From: an uncultured Thermodesulfobacteriota bacterium
GTDB lineage: Bacteria; Desulfobacterota; Anaeroferrophillalia; Anaeroferrophillales; Tharpellaceae
Assembly: GCA_964623985.1 (NCBI GenBank)
Contig: CAZUXG010000003.1
Location: forward strand, 1-55,247
Length of the DNA stretch: 55,247 nt
Reading direction: 5' to 3'
Shown: one piece after another, positions 20,050 to 28,677 of the stretch
Layout: each line of letters starts with the position of its first letter
Numbering within the stretch: position 1 is the stretch's first letter
The notes under the pieces: generated by a model
Database searches by the model: none
Seen by the model: only the letters and a program-made list of their open reading frames with translations
What the model was told of the DNA's origin: nothing
Position numbers and translations under genes: made by a program

Positions 20050-21852
20050 TCATGCCGGATTAGAATAGAGGGGCGGAAGCCCCTTTTTTTGTTTATGGGC
20101 TAGTTTACCCGGCGCTTTTTTCTCTAGATTAGGCAATATCGTTTGCCAGAAATAGTTGCCGTCCCAGGTTCGGCCGTCCGGGCTGTAGAGGGTTTCTTCC
20201 AGGTTTGCAAAGGCGTTACCCAAGGTTGGGTTTTCCAGGCGGGCAGCAATTGATTTAAGGTTTTGTGGTGGGTTTTGCGGCCAATTGGCCGCGCCCCAGC
20301 CGAGGATGGCCTGATGTGCATCCCGGGGATTGTTGTCTAAGCAGGCTTGTTTAATAGTTTCTTGATTGATTGTCTGTTTCTTTTTCGGTGTCAGATCTCT
20401 TTCTTTAAGTTCTGCAATCTGCCGGCGCAGGGTTTTACGCCAGAGCAGAACGGTTATAATCCAGGCGATCAGCAGCATCGCGCTGATCGTTTTCCAGAGT
20501 TGGGTGGTATCGGCGTCCACGATTTTTGTGGTTAAAGTATCTGAGGTTGGGGACGGGTTTTTAGCACTGTCTGGTTCCGCTTTGCGGGGTTTTTTTTCAA
20601 TCTTTATATTGCTTCTTTGTGGTTGGTCTGCGAATCCATTGTCAGCCTTGATAACCTTGATCACGCGCGCCGGCAGCACAGCTTTTTGTTGTTTATTGTT
20701 AACCACGTCCCACCAGTCAATCGTGACTTCCGGTAGGGTGAATAGGCCCTCTTGTGAAGGGATAAAGGCCATTGCCTGGCGTTTGACGGCGTGCAACAGC
20801 GCCCCATCGACCTCGGTTTGGTACTCGGCTTGATCGAGATAGATTTTACCGTCGTCAGGGGCATCAGGTTTTATTTCCGGCAGTTGTTCAGCCGTTAGAC
20901 CTAAGGCTTCGATCTGGATTGTCCGGGTCAGGGGCTCGCCGACTTTAAGCACTTTCTCTTCGTCCAGATTTTCCATGATTGCTATTTTTCGCGCCGGTAG
21001 CCAGACCTTGCCTTTAAATTCATCAGGTATTTGAGTCAGTGAGATTGTTAGCTCCTGACTCCGGGCCCGGAGACGCTGGCCGCGACCGGAAAAGCGGTCA
21101 AAAAAGGGATCGGCCGGAAAACGGCGGTTGCCGCCGTTCGTAGTGATCGCCTGAAAAAGTAGTGGCGGAATTGTGATTTCGCGGCCATCTTCAGCGATGA
21201 TGGCATATTTTCGTTCAATTACCTGGTAGGTAAAATCGTTTTTACGGCTCTGATAGCGTCGATCGTCACCGAGTTTAATGATGGTGGCATGTTTTAAGGC
21301 CGGCTCTTCGAGTGAGGCCTCGGTGAGGCGTAATTGATTCTTGATAAAGAGTTTGACGTTGATTGTGATTTGAGCCTGGAGGTATGCCGGGGTATCCATC
21401 TCAGGAGTTACTTCAATGAAGACCTCGGGAAGGGTTTTGGAGGTTTTCGAGGTTTTCGGAATTGGGGTGCTAACGGTTAGGGTCAGGGCCGCGGTTTTTT
21501 CTACCCCGACGTTAAAGGAAGGAATAGTGAAACTTCCGGTTTGTTTCGCTTCCAGCTTAATAGTCCAGGTTTTGGTAGCTTTGCTGGTGCCGTTAATAAT
21601 CTGGAAATTACTGTTGACCGAGCGGTCAACAATGGAAAAATCCTTTTCAAGATTACTGGTGTCAAGGTTTGCAATGCTATTAAGAGCGCCATCGGCTTCG
21701 ATAATGAGTTTAACAGTTTCATCAATGGTGATTGTCTGCCGGTCGAGTCGGGCTCTGACCGCCGCATCGCAAGTTAGAGGCCACTGGCCGACGACAATTA
21801 TAGCGATGATGGCAAAAAAGAGCAGTTGTGAAATTACGGTTTGGCGTTTCAT
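20050..21852 (-). CDS. batD: BatD-family protein (oxygen-tolerance/Bat operon)
   Basis: Start reset to MKRQTVISQLLFF (ATG 21852, 4 nt after the upstream stop). It has a signal peptide, a large beta-rich periplasmic region, one late TM helix and a C-terminal cytoplasmic tail. It is the last gene of the MoxR-VWA operon. Confidence 0.7.
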   Translation of the reverse strand: MKRQTVISQLLFFAIIAIIVVGQWPLTCDAAVRARLDRQTITIDETVKLIIEADGALNSIANLDTSNLEKDFSIVDRSVNSNFQIINGTSKATKTWTIKLEAKQTGSFTIPSFNVGVEKTAALTLTVSTPIPKTSKTSKTLPEVFIEVTPEMDTPAYLQAQITINVKLFIKNQLRLTEASLEEPALKHATIIKLGDDRRYQSRKNDFTYQVIERKYAIIAEDGREITIPPLLFQAITTNGGNRRFPADPFFDRFSGRGQRLRARSQELTISLTQIPDEFKGKVWLPARKIAIMENLDEEKVLKVGEPLTRTIQIEALGLTAEQLPEIKPDAPDDGKIYLDQAEYQTEVDGALLHAVKRQAMAFIPSQEGLFTLPEVTIDWWDVVNNKQQKAVLPARVIKVIKADNGFADQPQRSNIKIEKKPRKAEPDSAKNPSPTSDTLTTKIVDADTTQLWKTISAMLLIAWIITVLLWRKTLRRQIAELKERDLTPKKKQTINQETIKQACLDNNPRDAHQAILGWGAANWPQNPPQNLKSIAARLENPTLGNAFANLEETLYSPDGRTWDGNYFWQTILPNLEKKAPGKLAHKQKKGLPPLYSNPA

Positions 21853-21856
21853 TGGT

Positions 21857-23722
21857 TTACCACCCTTTATGGCCTTGGGAGCGATTTTGTCGGCTGCGGT
21901 ACTGGTAGAGGAACTTTTTTTCCAAGAGGCCCTGTGGGTCATCCGGGACCCGACGAAGCCACTGTTCTAAGGCCTGTTGTTTGGCAGCCATCGGTTTCTC
22001 GTCGTTATCTTCTTTTGCGGCCCCACCTTCCGGTCGTTTTTTTTCTTTTGCGTCTCTGTTTCCAGTGGAGTCTCTGGATTCTTCGAGCGAATCCACAGGA
22101 TTATTGGATTCTAACCCCTGAGTTTTTTCGGGTTCTGGTTCTTGCGGTGGAGGATTGTTTGGAGAAGATTGCTCCTGATTTTGTGTCTGATTATCCTGAC
22201 ACTTTTCACTTTGAGAGCTTTGTTGGTTTTCTTTCGGTTCTGGTTGTTCGGAAGAGTCTTGAGACTGAGACGAATTTTGTTTTGACTCTTGGTTTTCCGG
22301 GTTCTCTTTTTCCGAGTCGTTGTTTTGTGATCTGTCGTTCTGTGATTTTTCCTGTTGTTGTAGAAGTTTTTCGACCAGTTTGCGGTTGAAACGGGCATCT
22401 TCCATAGTCGGGTCGGTTTGCAGAGCCTGGTCGTAGGCCGCGATTGCCTTCTCCAGTTCTCCTGAGTGAGCCAGAGCATTACCTCGGTTATAGTGGGCCC
22501 GGCGAGATGGGAGAGTTTCAAGGACGGTTGCCGCCTCTTTGAAGTTACCAGCGCGGTAGTGGGCCGCCGCCCGCCAGTCGGGATCTTTGGTCAGTTGGGC
22601 GGCTTCGTTAAAGTTCTCTTTAGCGAAGGCTTTCACTGCTTGTTGGGTCGGGCGCTGCCAGAGATTATGCCAGAGATTTTCTAAGTTTTGGGCTGAGGCG
22701 GTTTCGGCGTTGACAAAAATAGCTATAAGGATAACCAGCAGCCAACCTTTACGGAAGCATATTGCCGCTAGCAGGAGCAGAGGAATCAGGAGCCAGGGGC
22801 CGCGATCGTGCCATTGATCACCGGTAAGCTCACTTTTACTTTTGTTTTCAGGAAAAAGGGTATCCGGTTGGTTTAAACGTTGAAAAGAACTATCCTGATC
22901 CTCGATTTCAAAATAGCTGCCGCCCCCGGATTCAGCAACCTCACGCAACTTGTCAAAGGCGGGAACCGGAACCACAATCTGACCCTGCAGGTCTTTTAAA
23001 TAGCGGCCTTCCGCTAAAGGAACCGGGGCTCCTTCTTTTGTGCCGACGGCGATAACATCAATTCGATGACCCGCACTTTTCAGTTTACGGGCCGCTGTGA
23101 TTGTCGATTGGTCGGCATCATCGGCCAGAAGAATTATCTGTCCTTGATTAATGGCTGCTCGTTGGAGTAGCTCGCCGGCTTTTTCAAGGCCCCGGTCGGC
23201 CCGGCTGCCCTGGATCGGAACCGTGTTTGGGTTGAGGCCCGGCAGGAGGTTAAGCAGGGTGGCGCGGTCATCGGTCAGGGGTGTGACAATAAAACTGTCG
23301 CCTGCAAAGACCACCAGTCCCTGTTCGATTCCAACTCCGGCTTTAATCAGGTCAATGGCCTTGTAGTGGGCTCGGTTCAGGCGCGAGGGAGCGATGTCTG
23401 GAGCTAGCATCGAGAGCGACAGATCGAGAACTATGACGCGGCCGTTGGTGGCTCGAAAAAGGGGTTGAGGCAAGCGCTCCCAAGTCGGGCCGGCCAGCGC
23501 CAGGGTGGCGAGAGACAACATTATCAAGAGGCCGCTGTAGATTCTTTTCTGGGCAATTTTTGCTTCACCTACCAGGAGATGTTCAAGCAGGTGGTTGTCG
23601 CAGACTTTATGCCACTGGTTTTTGCCGGGATCACGCCTTTTCAGACCGGCCAGCAGAACCAGGCCGGCCGGCAGGGCCAGCAGCCACCAGGGACGCAAAA
23701 AATGGAAATCATGAATATTCAT
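21857..23722 (-). CDS. batB: BatB-BatC-like fusion: TM + von Willebrand factor A domain + TM + TPR repeats + acidic low-complexity tail
   Basis: 621 aa. The N-terminus FHFLRPWWLLALP is typical of BatA/BatB. It has a VWA core (VIVLDLSLSM … ILLADDAD), TPR-like AHYRAGNFKEA / YNRGNALAHSGELEKAIAAY, and a Q/S/E/N/P-rich stretch. Confidence 0.75.
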   Translation of the reverse strand: MNIHDFHFLRPWWLLALPAGLVLLAGLKRRDPGKNQWHKVCDNHLLEHLLVGEAKIAQKRIYSGLLIMLSLATLALAGPTWERLPQPLFRATNGRVIVLDLSLSMLAPDIAPSRLNRAHYKAIDLIKAGVGIEQGLVVFAGDSFIVTPLTDDRATLLNLLPGLNPNTVPIQGSRADRGLEKAGELLQRAAINQGQIILLADDADQSTITAARKLKSAGHRIDVIAVGTKEGAPVPLAEGRYLKDLQGQIVVPVPAFDKLREVAESGGGSYFEIEDQDSSFQRLNQPDTLFPENKSKSELTGDQWHDRGPWLLIPLLLLAAICFRKGWLLVILIAIFVNAETASAQNLENLWHNLWQRPTQQAVKAFAKENFNEAAQLTKDPDWRAAAHYRAGNFKEAATVLETLPSRRAHYNRGNALAHSGELEKAIAAYDQALQTDPTMEDARFNRKLVEKLLQQQEKSQNDRSQNNDSEKENPENQESKQNSSQSQDSSEQPEPKENQQSSQSEKCQDNQTQNQEQSSPNNPPPQEPEPEKTQGLESNNPVDSLEESRDSTGNRDAKEKKRPEGGAAKEDNDEKPMAAKQQALEQWLRRVPDDPQGLLEKKFLYQYRSRQNRSQGHKGW

Positions 23723-24692
23723 AACGTTTGATTAAGAGCAGTAAAAAAGTGAGCAGAAGAGCGCCACTCAAGGGCCAGTAGAAGAATTCTTGGATGGGTC
23801 GCAGGGCATGGTTTTCACTCAATACCGGTTCCAGAGTGTCAAGCAGGGCGTAGATCTTTTCCAGATCTTTTTTTTCACGGGCTCGAAAATAGCGGCCGCC
23901 GGTAAGTTCGGCAATCTTTTGCAAGGTTTTTTCGTCGAGGTCAGCCGAGGGATTGACGAGCCGGTTGCCAAAAAAACTGTTGACTACCATGCGGTCAGCT
24001 CCGACCCCGATGGTGTAGATCGAAAGCTTACCCTCTTTGGCCAATTCGGCCGCTTTTAAAGGTTCGATGGTGCCGGCTGTGTTTGCTCCATCAGTCAAGA
24101 GAATCAGGACTTTTCTTTCTCCCGGTCGTTGACGCAAGCGTTTGACCGCCAGTCCCAAAGCGTCACCGATCGCGGTTTTTTCGCCGGCAATCCCGATCAG
24201 GGATTCCTGCAAGAGTTGGTTTACAGTTTTACGATCCAGCGAGAGTGGTGCCTGTAGGTAAGCCTGACTGCCAAAGAGGATCAGGCCGACCCGATCGCCT
24301 TGCCGGCGGTTGATAAAATCACCAGCCACCTTTTTGATCATGGTTAAACGATCAACCGGTTGATCGTTGATTTCCATATCCTTGGCTTGCATACTGCCGG
24401 AGATGTCGACGGCCAGCAGTAGATCACGGCCGCTGATAGGTGTGTTTAGAGGCTCACCTATCCATTGTGGACGGGCCGCAGCACAGACCAGTAATAGCCA
24501 TGCGATAACGGCTAGAAACCGGAGCCCAGCGAAACCTTTTTCAGTTGAGGTCTTACGGAACTCTTCAAGTTCCTGAAAAAAAGGGATCTTTAAAGCCATG
24601 CCGGAAGTAGAGCGAGCCCGGGGCAGCAACAGATAGACCAGTAATGGGAGTGGCAAGGCGACGAACAGCTGAATCCAGACAAATTCTATCAT
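23709..24692 (-). CDS. batA: BatA-like VWA domain membrane protein
   Basis: Start reset to MIEFVWIQLF (ATGA overlap with the upstream stop). It has an N-terminal TM helix, the VWA MIDAS motif DISGSM, and a C-terminal TM helix. Confidence 0.8.
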   Translation of the reverse strand: MIEFVWIQLFVALPLPLLVYLLLPRARSTSGMALKIPFFQELEEFRKTSTEKGFAGLRFLAVIAWLLLVCAAARPQWIGEPLNTPISGRDLLLAVDISGSMQAKDMEINDQPVDRLTMIKKVAGDFINRRQGDRVGLILFGSQAYLQAPLSLDRKTVNQLLQESLIGIAGEKTAIGDALGLAVKRLRQRPGERKVLILLTDGANTAGTIEPLKAAELAKEGKLSIYTIGVGADRMVVNSFFGNRLVNPSADLDEKTLQKIAELTGGRYFRAREKKDLEKIYALLDTLEPVLSENHALRPIQEFFYWPLSGALLLTFLLLLIKRYEYS

Positions 24693-25207
24693 GGTCGGAC
24701 CCGGGTTTTTTTCTTCTGTCCGGAGAACCACTCTTTGACAACTCGGCCGAGGGCCACAAGGTCAGTGTCATTGGTCGGAGAGTAGGCATCTTCTATTAGA
24801 GGCTGAAGTTCTTGGTCGGTAAACTGTGTGTCTCTACCTTTGCTTTTTCCAGAGATTTCTTGTTTGAGAAATTCAAGCCACGGCTGGCCGCAGAGCCCGG
24901 CAATCGTTTGCTGTGGAAAAAAAACGATGCAAAAGCGTCTTGTAAGGGCTGAAAGATCTTGCAGCACTTGGCGGCATTGCTCGGGATCTTCGCTCTTCAA
25001 ATCGAGTTGTGCGAGCTCCAGCAAGGCAAGTTTGATGGGCTGGTGATGCAACTGTCGCTGTCGCCACTTATAAAGTCCGAAACTGATTAGCGCTAGCAGT
25101 AAAAAGGTTATAAACCACCAGCCCGGAGCTGGAGGCCACCAACCCGGAGCTGGGGGCAGATGAATATCCTTAAGTGCGGCCAGAGGATTTGAGTTTATTG
25201 GATTCAT
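24689..25207 (-). CDS. DUF4381-like small membrane protein of MoxR/Bat operons
   Basis: 172 aa. It has PPAPGWWPPAPGWW followed by a single TM helix, and sits between the DUF58 and BatA genes. There are 4-nt overlaps on both sides. Confidence 0.65.
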   Translation of the reverse strand: MNPINSNPLAALKDIHLPPAPGWWPPAPGWWFITFLLLALISFGLYKWRQRQLHHQPIKLALLELAQLDLKSEDPEQCRQVLQDLSALTRRFCIVFFPQQTIAGLCGQPWLEFLKQEISGKSKGRDTQFTDQELQPLIEDAYSPTNDTDLVALGRVVKEWFSGQKKKTRVRP

Positions 25208-26163
25208 GGCCGATGCACATTTTGTTTAAGGCTTAAGCCGCGGCGCATGATACCGGCGATATCATCACCGGAGACGACTTTGAGATAGGGGATTTTCAGG
25301 TTGCCGGCGATGCGCCCGAGGTTTTCCCGGCGTGCATTAAACTTTTCACTGTAAGCGTTGCGTACGATAGCGGCTTTGGTGTTGAGCCGGGCTTGATCAT
25401 GGCCGTTGCTTATATTGTAAAGGCCCGGGGGTGGTGCCTTGAGCTCCAGGGGGTCGATAATTTGGCAGAGGATAAGGTCGTTGTGGCGGCGCAGGCGGTT
25501 CAGGTTGCGTTCGAGATTCTGGTCATGGTTATAAAAATCACTGATCAGGAAAATCCGGCTGCCGGGACGGATGGTGCGAATTCCGTGATGGAGAACCTGC
25601 TCTAAAGAAGGTTCGGAACTTTCGGTTGTGGGTGTTTGGGTTGCCTTAACGAGGGCATGGATCAGTGCCAGTACCCCTTTACGACCGGCCTGCGGCCTTA
25701 AATCGAATTTTTTCTGTGGGGTCAGAAGAATACCTCCGATACGGTCACTGTTAAAGGCCGCTGTCCAAGCCACTGTTGCAGCGAGCCGGGCAGCAATTAC
25801 CGATTTGAAGGCCTCTTTGGTGCCGAAATAGAGGGAGGGGCTAAAATCGACCAGGGTCAGGACTGGGCGGTCACGCTCCTCAGCATAGAGTTTGGTATGG
25901 GTTTTGCCGCTGCGGGCCGTAACCCGCCAGTCGATACTGCGGATATCATCGCCCGGGGTGTAGATCCGGGATTCAGCGTAGTCCATGCCGCGTCCGCGAA
26001 ACTTGGAGAGCGTATTGCCGGCCATAATGGAGTAAGCCCGTCGATTGTTTTTGCCGATCAGGGAACGGGCTGTATGGCGCAGATCGAGAAGCTCTTCAGT
26101 TGTGCAGGTAATCCCGTTGACGGATGAAGGTTGCGGTTTTCTAAAAATCTTTGCCAGACGCAT
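25204..26163 (-). CDS. DUF58 family protein (MoxR-associated, VWA-like fold)
   Basis: Start reset to MRLAKIF (ATG 26163, after the MoxR stop at 26171). The motif YAESRIYTPGDDIRSIDWRVTAR is the DUF58 signature. Confidence 0.8.
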   Translation of the reverse strand: MRLAKIFRKPQPSSVNGITCTTEELLDLRHTARSLIGKNNRRAYSIMAGNTLSKFRGRGMDYAESRIYTPGDDIRSIDWRVTARSGKTHTKLYAEERDRPVLTLVDFSPSLYFGTKEAFKSVIAARLAATVAWTAAFNSDRIGGILLTPQKKFDLRPQAGRKGVLALIHALVKATQTPTTESSEPSLEQVLHHGIRTIRPGSRIFLISDFYNHDQNLERNLNRLRRHNDLILCQIIDPLELKAPPPGLYNISNGHDQARLNTKAAIVRNAYSEKFNARRENLGRIAGNLKIPYLKVVSGDDIAGIMRRGLSLKQNVHRP

Positions 26164-26170
26164 ATTGGGG

Positions 26171-27184
26171 CTAGGGCACCGGGATATAGCGCAGTAATTC
26201 GTCGATTGCCTCTTCACTTTTGATCCCTTCGGCTTCGGCTTCAAAGGTCAAAAGTAGACGATGGCGCAGGATGTCATGGATAATGGCCTGGATGTTTTCC
26301 GGGGTCACATACTTTTTACCCTGAAGCCATGCATGGGCCCGGGCACAACGGTCCAGAGCAATAGAGGCCCGCGGGCTGGCGCCGTATTCGATCCAGCGCC
26401 CCATCTTCTCGTCGCAGGCCTGCGGGTTACGGGTGGCGAGAATAAGTTGGACGATATACTCTTTAAGCGGATCTGCCATATACAGATCAAGAATTTCGCG
26501 GCGCGCTCGGGTGATTGCTTCGGGCGTGAGAATTGCCGATTGTGAAGGTTTTTCTTCCAGTTCACTCAAAGCTTCACGCCGGGCCAGTTCAAGAATTTTT
26601 TTTTCGCTGTGATAGTCTGGATAATCGACATTGATCTGCATGAGAAAACGGTCAAGCTGGGCTTCCGGCAGGGGGTAGGTGCCCTCCTGTTCGATCGGGT
26701 TCTGGGTTGCCATGACCATAAAAAGATCGGGCAGGTAATGGGTTTTACGGCCGACACTGATCTGTCTTTCCGACATCGCTTCCAATAGAGCCGACTGAAC
26801 CTTGGCCGGGGCCCGATTGATCTCGTCGGCTAAGACAATATTGTGAAAGAGTGGCCCGGGCTGAAAGCGAAAAGAGTCATTGCTACGTTGGTAGATTTCG
26901 GTGCCGGTAAGGTCAGCCGGCAGGAGGTCGGGAGTAAACTGCAGGCGTTGAAAATCACCCTCGATACAATCGGCCAGGGCTTTTACGGCTCTGGTTTTGG
27001 CCAGTCCCGGAGCTCCTTCAACCAGCAGGTGACCATCGGCTAGTAAAGCGACCAAGAGCCGTTCAACTAGAACTTGCTGACCGATGATCTCGGTTTCCAT
27101 ACGTTCTTTGGCCTGTTGGAAAGCCTCCCGGGGTTCATTACCTGGCGGCGCGATGTTTTGCAGTGAGGTGGTTGTCGGTTCCAT
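26171..27184 (-). CDS. MoxR-family AAA+ ATPase
   Basis: Walker A GAPGLAKT and Walker B VLADEINRA. Start set to ATG 27184, because the track's GTG 27217 lies inside the pspA terminator stem. Confidence 0.9.
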   Translation of the reverse strand: MEPTTTSLQNIAPPGNEPREAFQQAKERMETEIIGQQVLVERLLVALLADGHLLVEGAPGLAKTRAVKALADCIEGDFQRLQFTPDLLPADLTGTEIYQRSNDSFRFQPGPLFHNIVLADEINRAPAKVQSALLEAMSERQISVGRKTHYLPDLFMVMATQNPIEQEGTYPLPEAQLDRFLMQINVDYPDYHSEKKILELARREALSELEEKPSQSAILTPEAITRARREILDLYMADPLKEYIVQLILATRNPQACDEKMGRWIEYGASPRASIALDRCARAHAWLQGKKYVTPENIQAIIHDILRHRLLLTFEAEAEGIKSEEAIDELLRYIPVP

Positions 27185-27202
27185 AAGAGGGTTCTTTCGG
27201 AG

Positions 27203-27248
27203 TAAAAACAAAAGCACGAAATTGGCATAAACCCAATTTCGTGCTTTT
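27203..27248 (-). terminator. Rho-independent terminator after the pspA-like gene
   Basis: On the minus strand: AAAGCACGAAATTGG / CCAATTTCGTGCTTT, a 15-bp stem with a 7-nt loop, followed by TTTTGTTTTT. Confidence 0.7.
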
Positions 27249-27262
27249 GGGGATTATTAAGA

Positions 27263-27943
27263 TCAGTTGTCGAGCTTGGCTTTGAGAGCGGCGAGTTTAT
27301 CGTTGACCGCCTGGTTGGTGTGGTTTTCACCCAAACCGGCAAACTCATTTTCGAGGCTGTCACCGCTGTCAGCCGCCATTTCGGCGGCTGCGTCGGCTTC
27401 ATGGGATGAACGTTCGGCTTTAGCCCGCATTCGCGCCATGAGATCATCGGCAGTATGTTTATTAGACATCTTGGCCTTGGCTTGGTAGATCTGTTTCTTG
27501 ACTTCCGAGGCTTTACTCTGGGCGATGATGAAATCGCGGTTGCGCTTAAACTCGGCCAGCTCATCCTCAATGCGACGGATATCCTGTTTGAGACTTTCGA
27601 TCTGGCCGCGCTGTTCCTTGCAGCGCGGTTCCATCTCCAAGGCCTTCTTTTCATGTTCTCCGGCCCGGGCTAAAGCTTTCACCGCGAGATCTTCGCGGTT
27701 GGCCTTAAGTGCGGCTTCAGCTTTGGCCTCCCAGTTACTCTGCTCGAGTTTATCTTTATCGAGAATCGCCTTGGCCTGTTTCTCGGTGGCGATACATGAC
27801 ATGACTGCCTGTTTGGCCTCTTTGATCTGTTTTTCTTTGTCGCGGATGGCCTGATCCAACATCAGTTCAGGGGTTTCCATTTTGTCGATGGCCTTATTGA
27901 CTCCGGCTTGGCCGACCTTGAATATTCTACTGAAGATGCTCAT
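27263..27943 (-). CDS. PspA/IM30-family protein (YjfJ-like paralog)
   Basis: 226 aa. It has the MSIFSRIFKV… amphipathic N-terminus and then a continuous coiled coil (…LDQAIRDKEKQIKEAKQAV…), the PspA/IM30 architecture. AAGGAGA SD. Confidence 0.85.
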   Translation of the reverse strand: MSIFSRIFKVGQAGVNKAIDKMETPELMLDQAIRDKEKQIKEAKQAVMSCIATEKQAKAILDKDKLEQSNWEAKAEAALKANREDLAVKALARAGEHEKKALEMEPRCKEQRGQIESLKQDIRRIEDELAEFKRNRDFIIAQSKASEVKKQIYQAKAKMSNKHTADDLMARMRAKAERSSHEADAAAEMAADSGDSLENEFAGLGENHTNQAVNDKLAALKAKLDN

Positions 27944-27982
27944 ATATTGGTTCTCCTTAAAAATGTTAAGCGAATGAATTTG

Positions 27983-28127
27983 TTAACTATTTGGGTACCC
28001 GTACCGTTTTCAAATTGTCTCGGTGCGGGGCTTTGCTCCAGACCGGGCTGAAAGCCCGAGCCGCGTGGCGTCGTGTCCCCTTCGAAGTGGGCGAAGCAAA
28101 GTTCGCCGTTATCCGCTGTAACTTAAC
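27983..28127. repeat. Intergenic structured repeat, copy 2 of 3 (~145 nt, expanded central hairpin)
   Basis: Shares blocks with copies at 189-298 and 31372-31497: TAACTATTTGG, AAATTGTCTCGGTGCGGGG, GTCCCCTTCGAAGTGGGCGAAGCAAAGTTCGCCGTTATCCGCTGTAACTTAACT. It contains the hairpin GGCGAA-GCAAAG-TTCGCC. Confidence 0.9.
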
Positions 28128-28533
28128 TCAGATAATCTGCCAGCAGGGTTTCGGCTCGATCAACGGCCAGTTCCAAGGTTGTGAAAACGCAGAGTAGTTC
28201 ATTGCTGTCGAGATTTTCGGCTTCGCGGCTCTCAACCAGAACTAGACGAGGGTCGTCGGGATTGGCCCGGTTGAGACCAAAGGCGACCGGCAGGATTTCA
28301 GTGTTGAGATCAAGCAGGTCATGGTAGAGTTTCTCAGTGGCGACAGAGCTGATATTGCCCAGATCAATTTCGAAGTAGAGATGATCGTCTTCCAGGTTAA
28401 TGAAGACCGGTAATTCACCGTCGCGTTCGACCCGGTAGATGGTTTCTTCAAGTGCCTCGACAGTAAATTCGTTAAATTCGAGAAAACTGACAAGATCTTC
28501 TTTCAACGAGCTGGTCACGATTACCTGTTTCAT
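28123..28533 (-). CDS. YjfI-like (DUF2170-type) small acidic cytosolic protein, chaperone-like
   Basis: 136 aa. The pattern …GELPVFINLEDDHLYFEIDL…LLDLNTEILPVAFGL…LVLVESREAENLDSNELL… parallels YjfI-family proteins that pair with YjfJ-type PspA. This assignment is from memory of the family, not from a search. Confidence 0.5.
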   Translation of the reverse strand: MKQVIVTSSLKEDLVSFLEFNEFTVEALEETIYRVERDGELPVFINLEDDHLYFEIDLGNISSVATEKLYHDLLDLNTEILPVAFGLNRANPDDPRLVLVESREAENLDSNELLCVFTTLELAVDRAETLLADYLS

Positions 28534-28608
28534 ACGACATCCTTTTTACCGTTTTAATCAGGTTGACGTTATTGATTTTTTTTAAGGATATTTACCTTAT
28601 TGGATGAG

Positions 28609-28637
28609 AATATAGGACTCTTTTCAGGTGTGGTCAA
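28609..28637 (-). promoter_or_regulatory. Candidate sigma70 promoter for the yjfI-like / pspA-like pair
   Basis: Minus strand reads TTGACC - 17 nt - TATATT, about 70 nt upstream of ATG 28533. Confidence 0.45.
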
Positions 28638-28677
28638 GAGGTATGTACCTTTATTTGAAAATTCTAAGATCTCTCTT

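Noticed and set aside
20050-21942. Long N-terminal extensions in track ORFs (BatD 630 aa, BatA 340 aa, DUF58 346 aa, MoxR 348 aa, GT9 356 aa, rhomboid 213 aa, cyclophilin 214 aa, GlmS 630 aa, GCL-like 336 aa).
   Set aside because: In each case the extension overlaps the preceding gene or a terminator and has Arg/Pro/Ser-rich junk composition. An internal ATG with an SD or an ATGA-type coupling gives the family-typical N-terminus. The shorter coordinates were used.
27067-27654. 195-aa ORF overlapping the pspA-like gene and the moxR start on the same strand in another frame. The same applies to the many other 60-180-aa track ORFs nested in or antisense to long genes (e.g. 712-1065, 6949-7326, 8613-9080, 10809-11225, 20366-20833, 21416-21970, 22111-22521, 42133-42825).
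   Set aside because: They lie entirely within much longer ORFs that have clear family signatures. They have biased, low-complexity or Arg/Ser/Pro-rich compositions typical of out-of-frame or antisense translation. They also lack SD sequences.
27991-28197. 68-aa + strand ORF (and its twin at 31369-31581) sharing the peptide EVGEAKFA.IRCNLT, which at first looks like a conserved small-protein family.
   Set aside because: The shared peptide is simply the translation of the conserved core of the intergenic repeat. Similarity is stronger at the nucleotide level, extends outside the ORFs, is absent from the ORF ends, and there is no SD. The third repeat copy (189-298) has no equivalent ORF.
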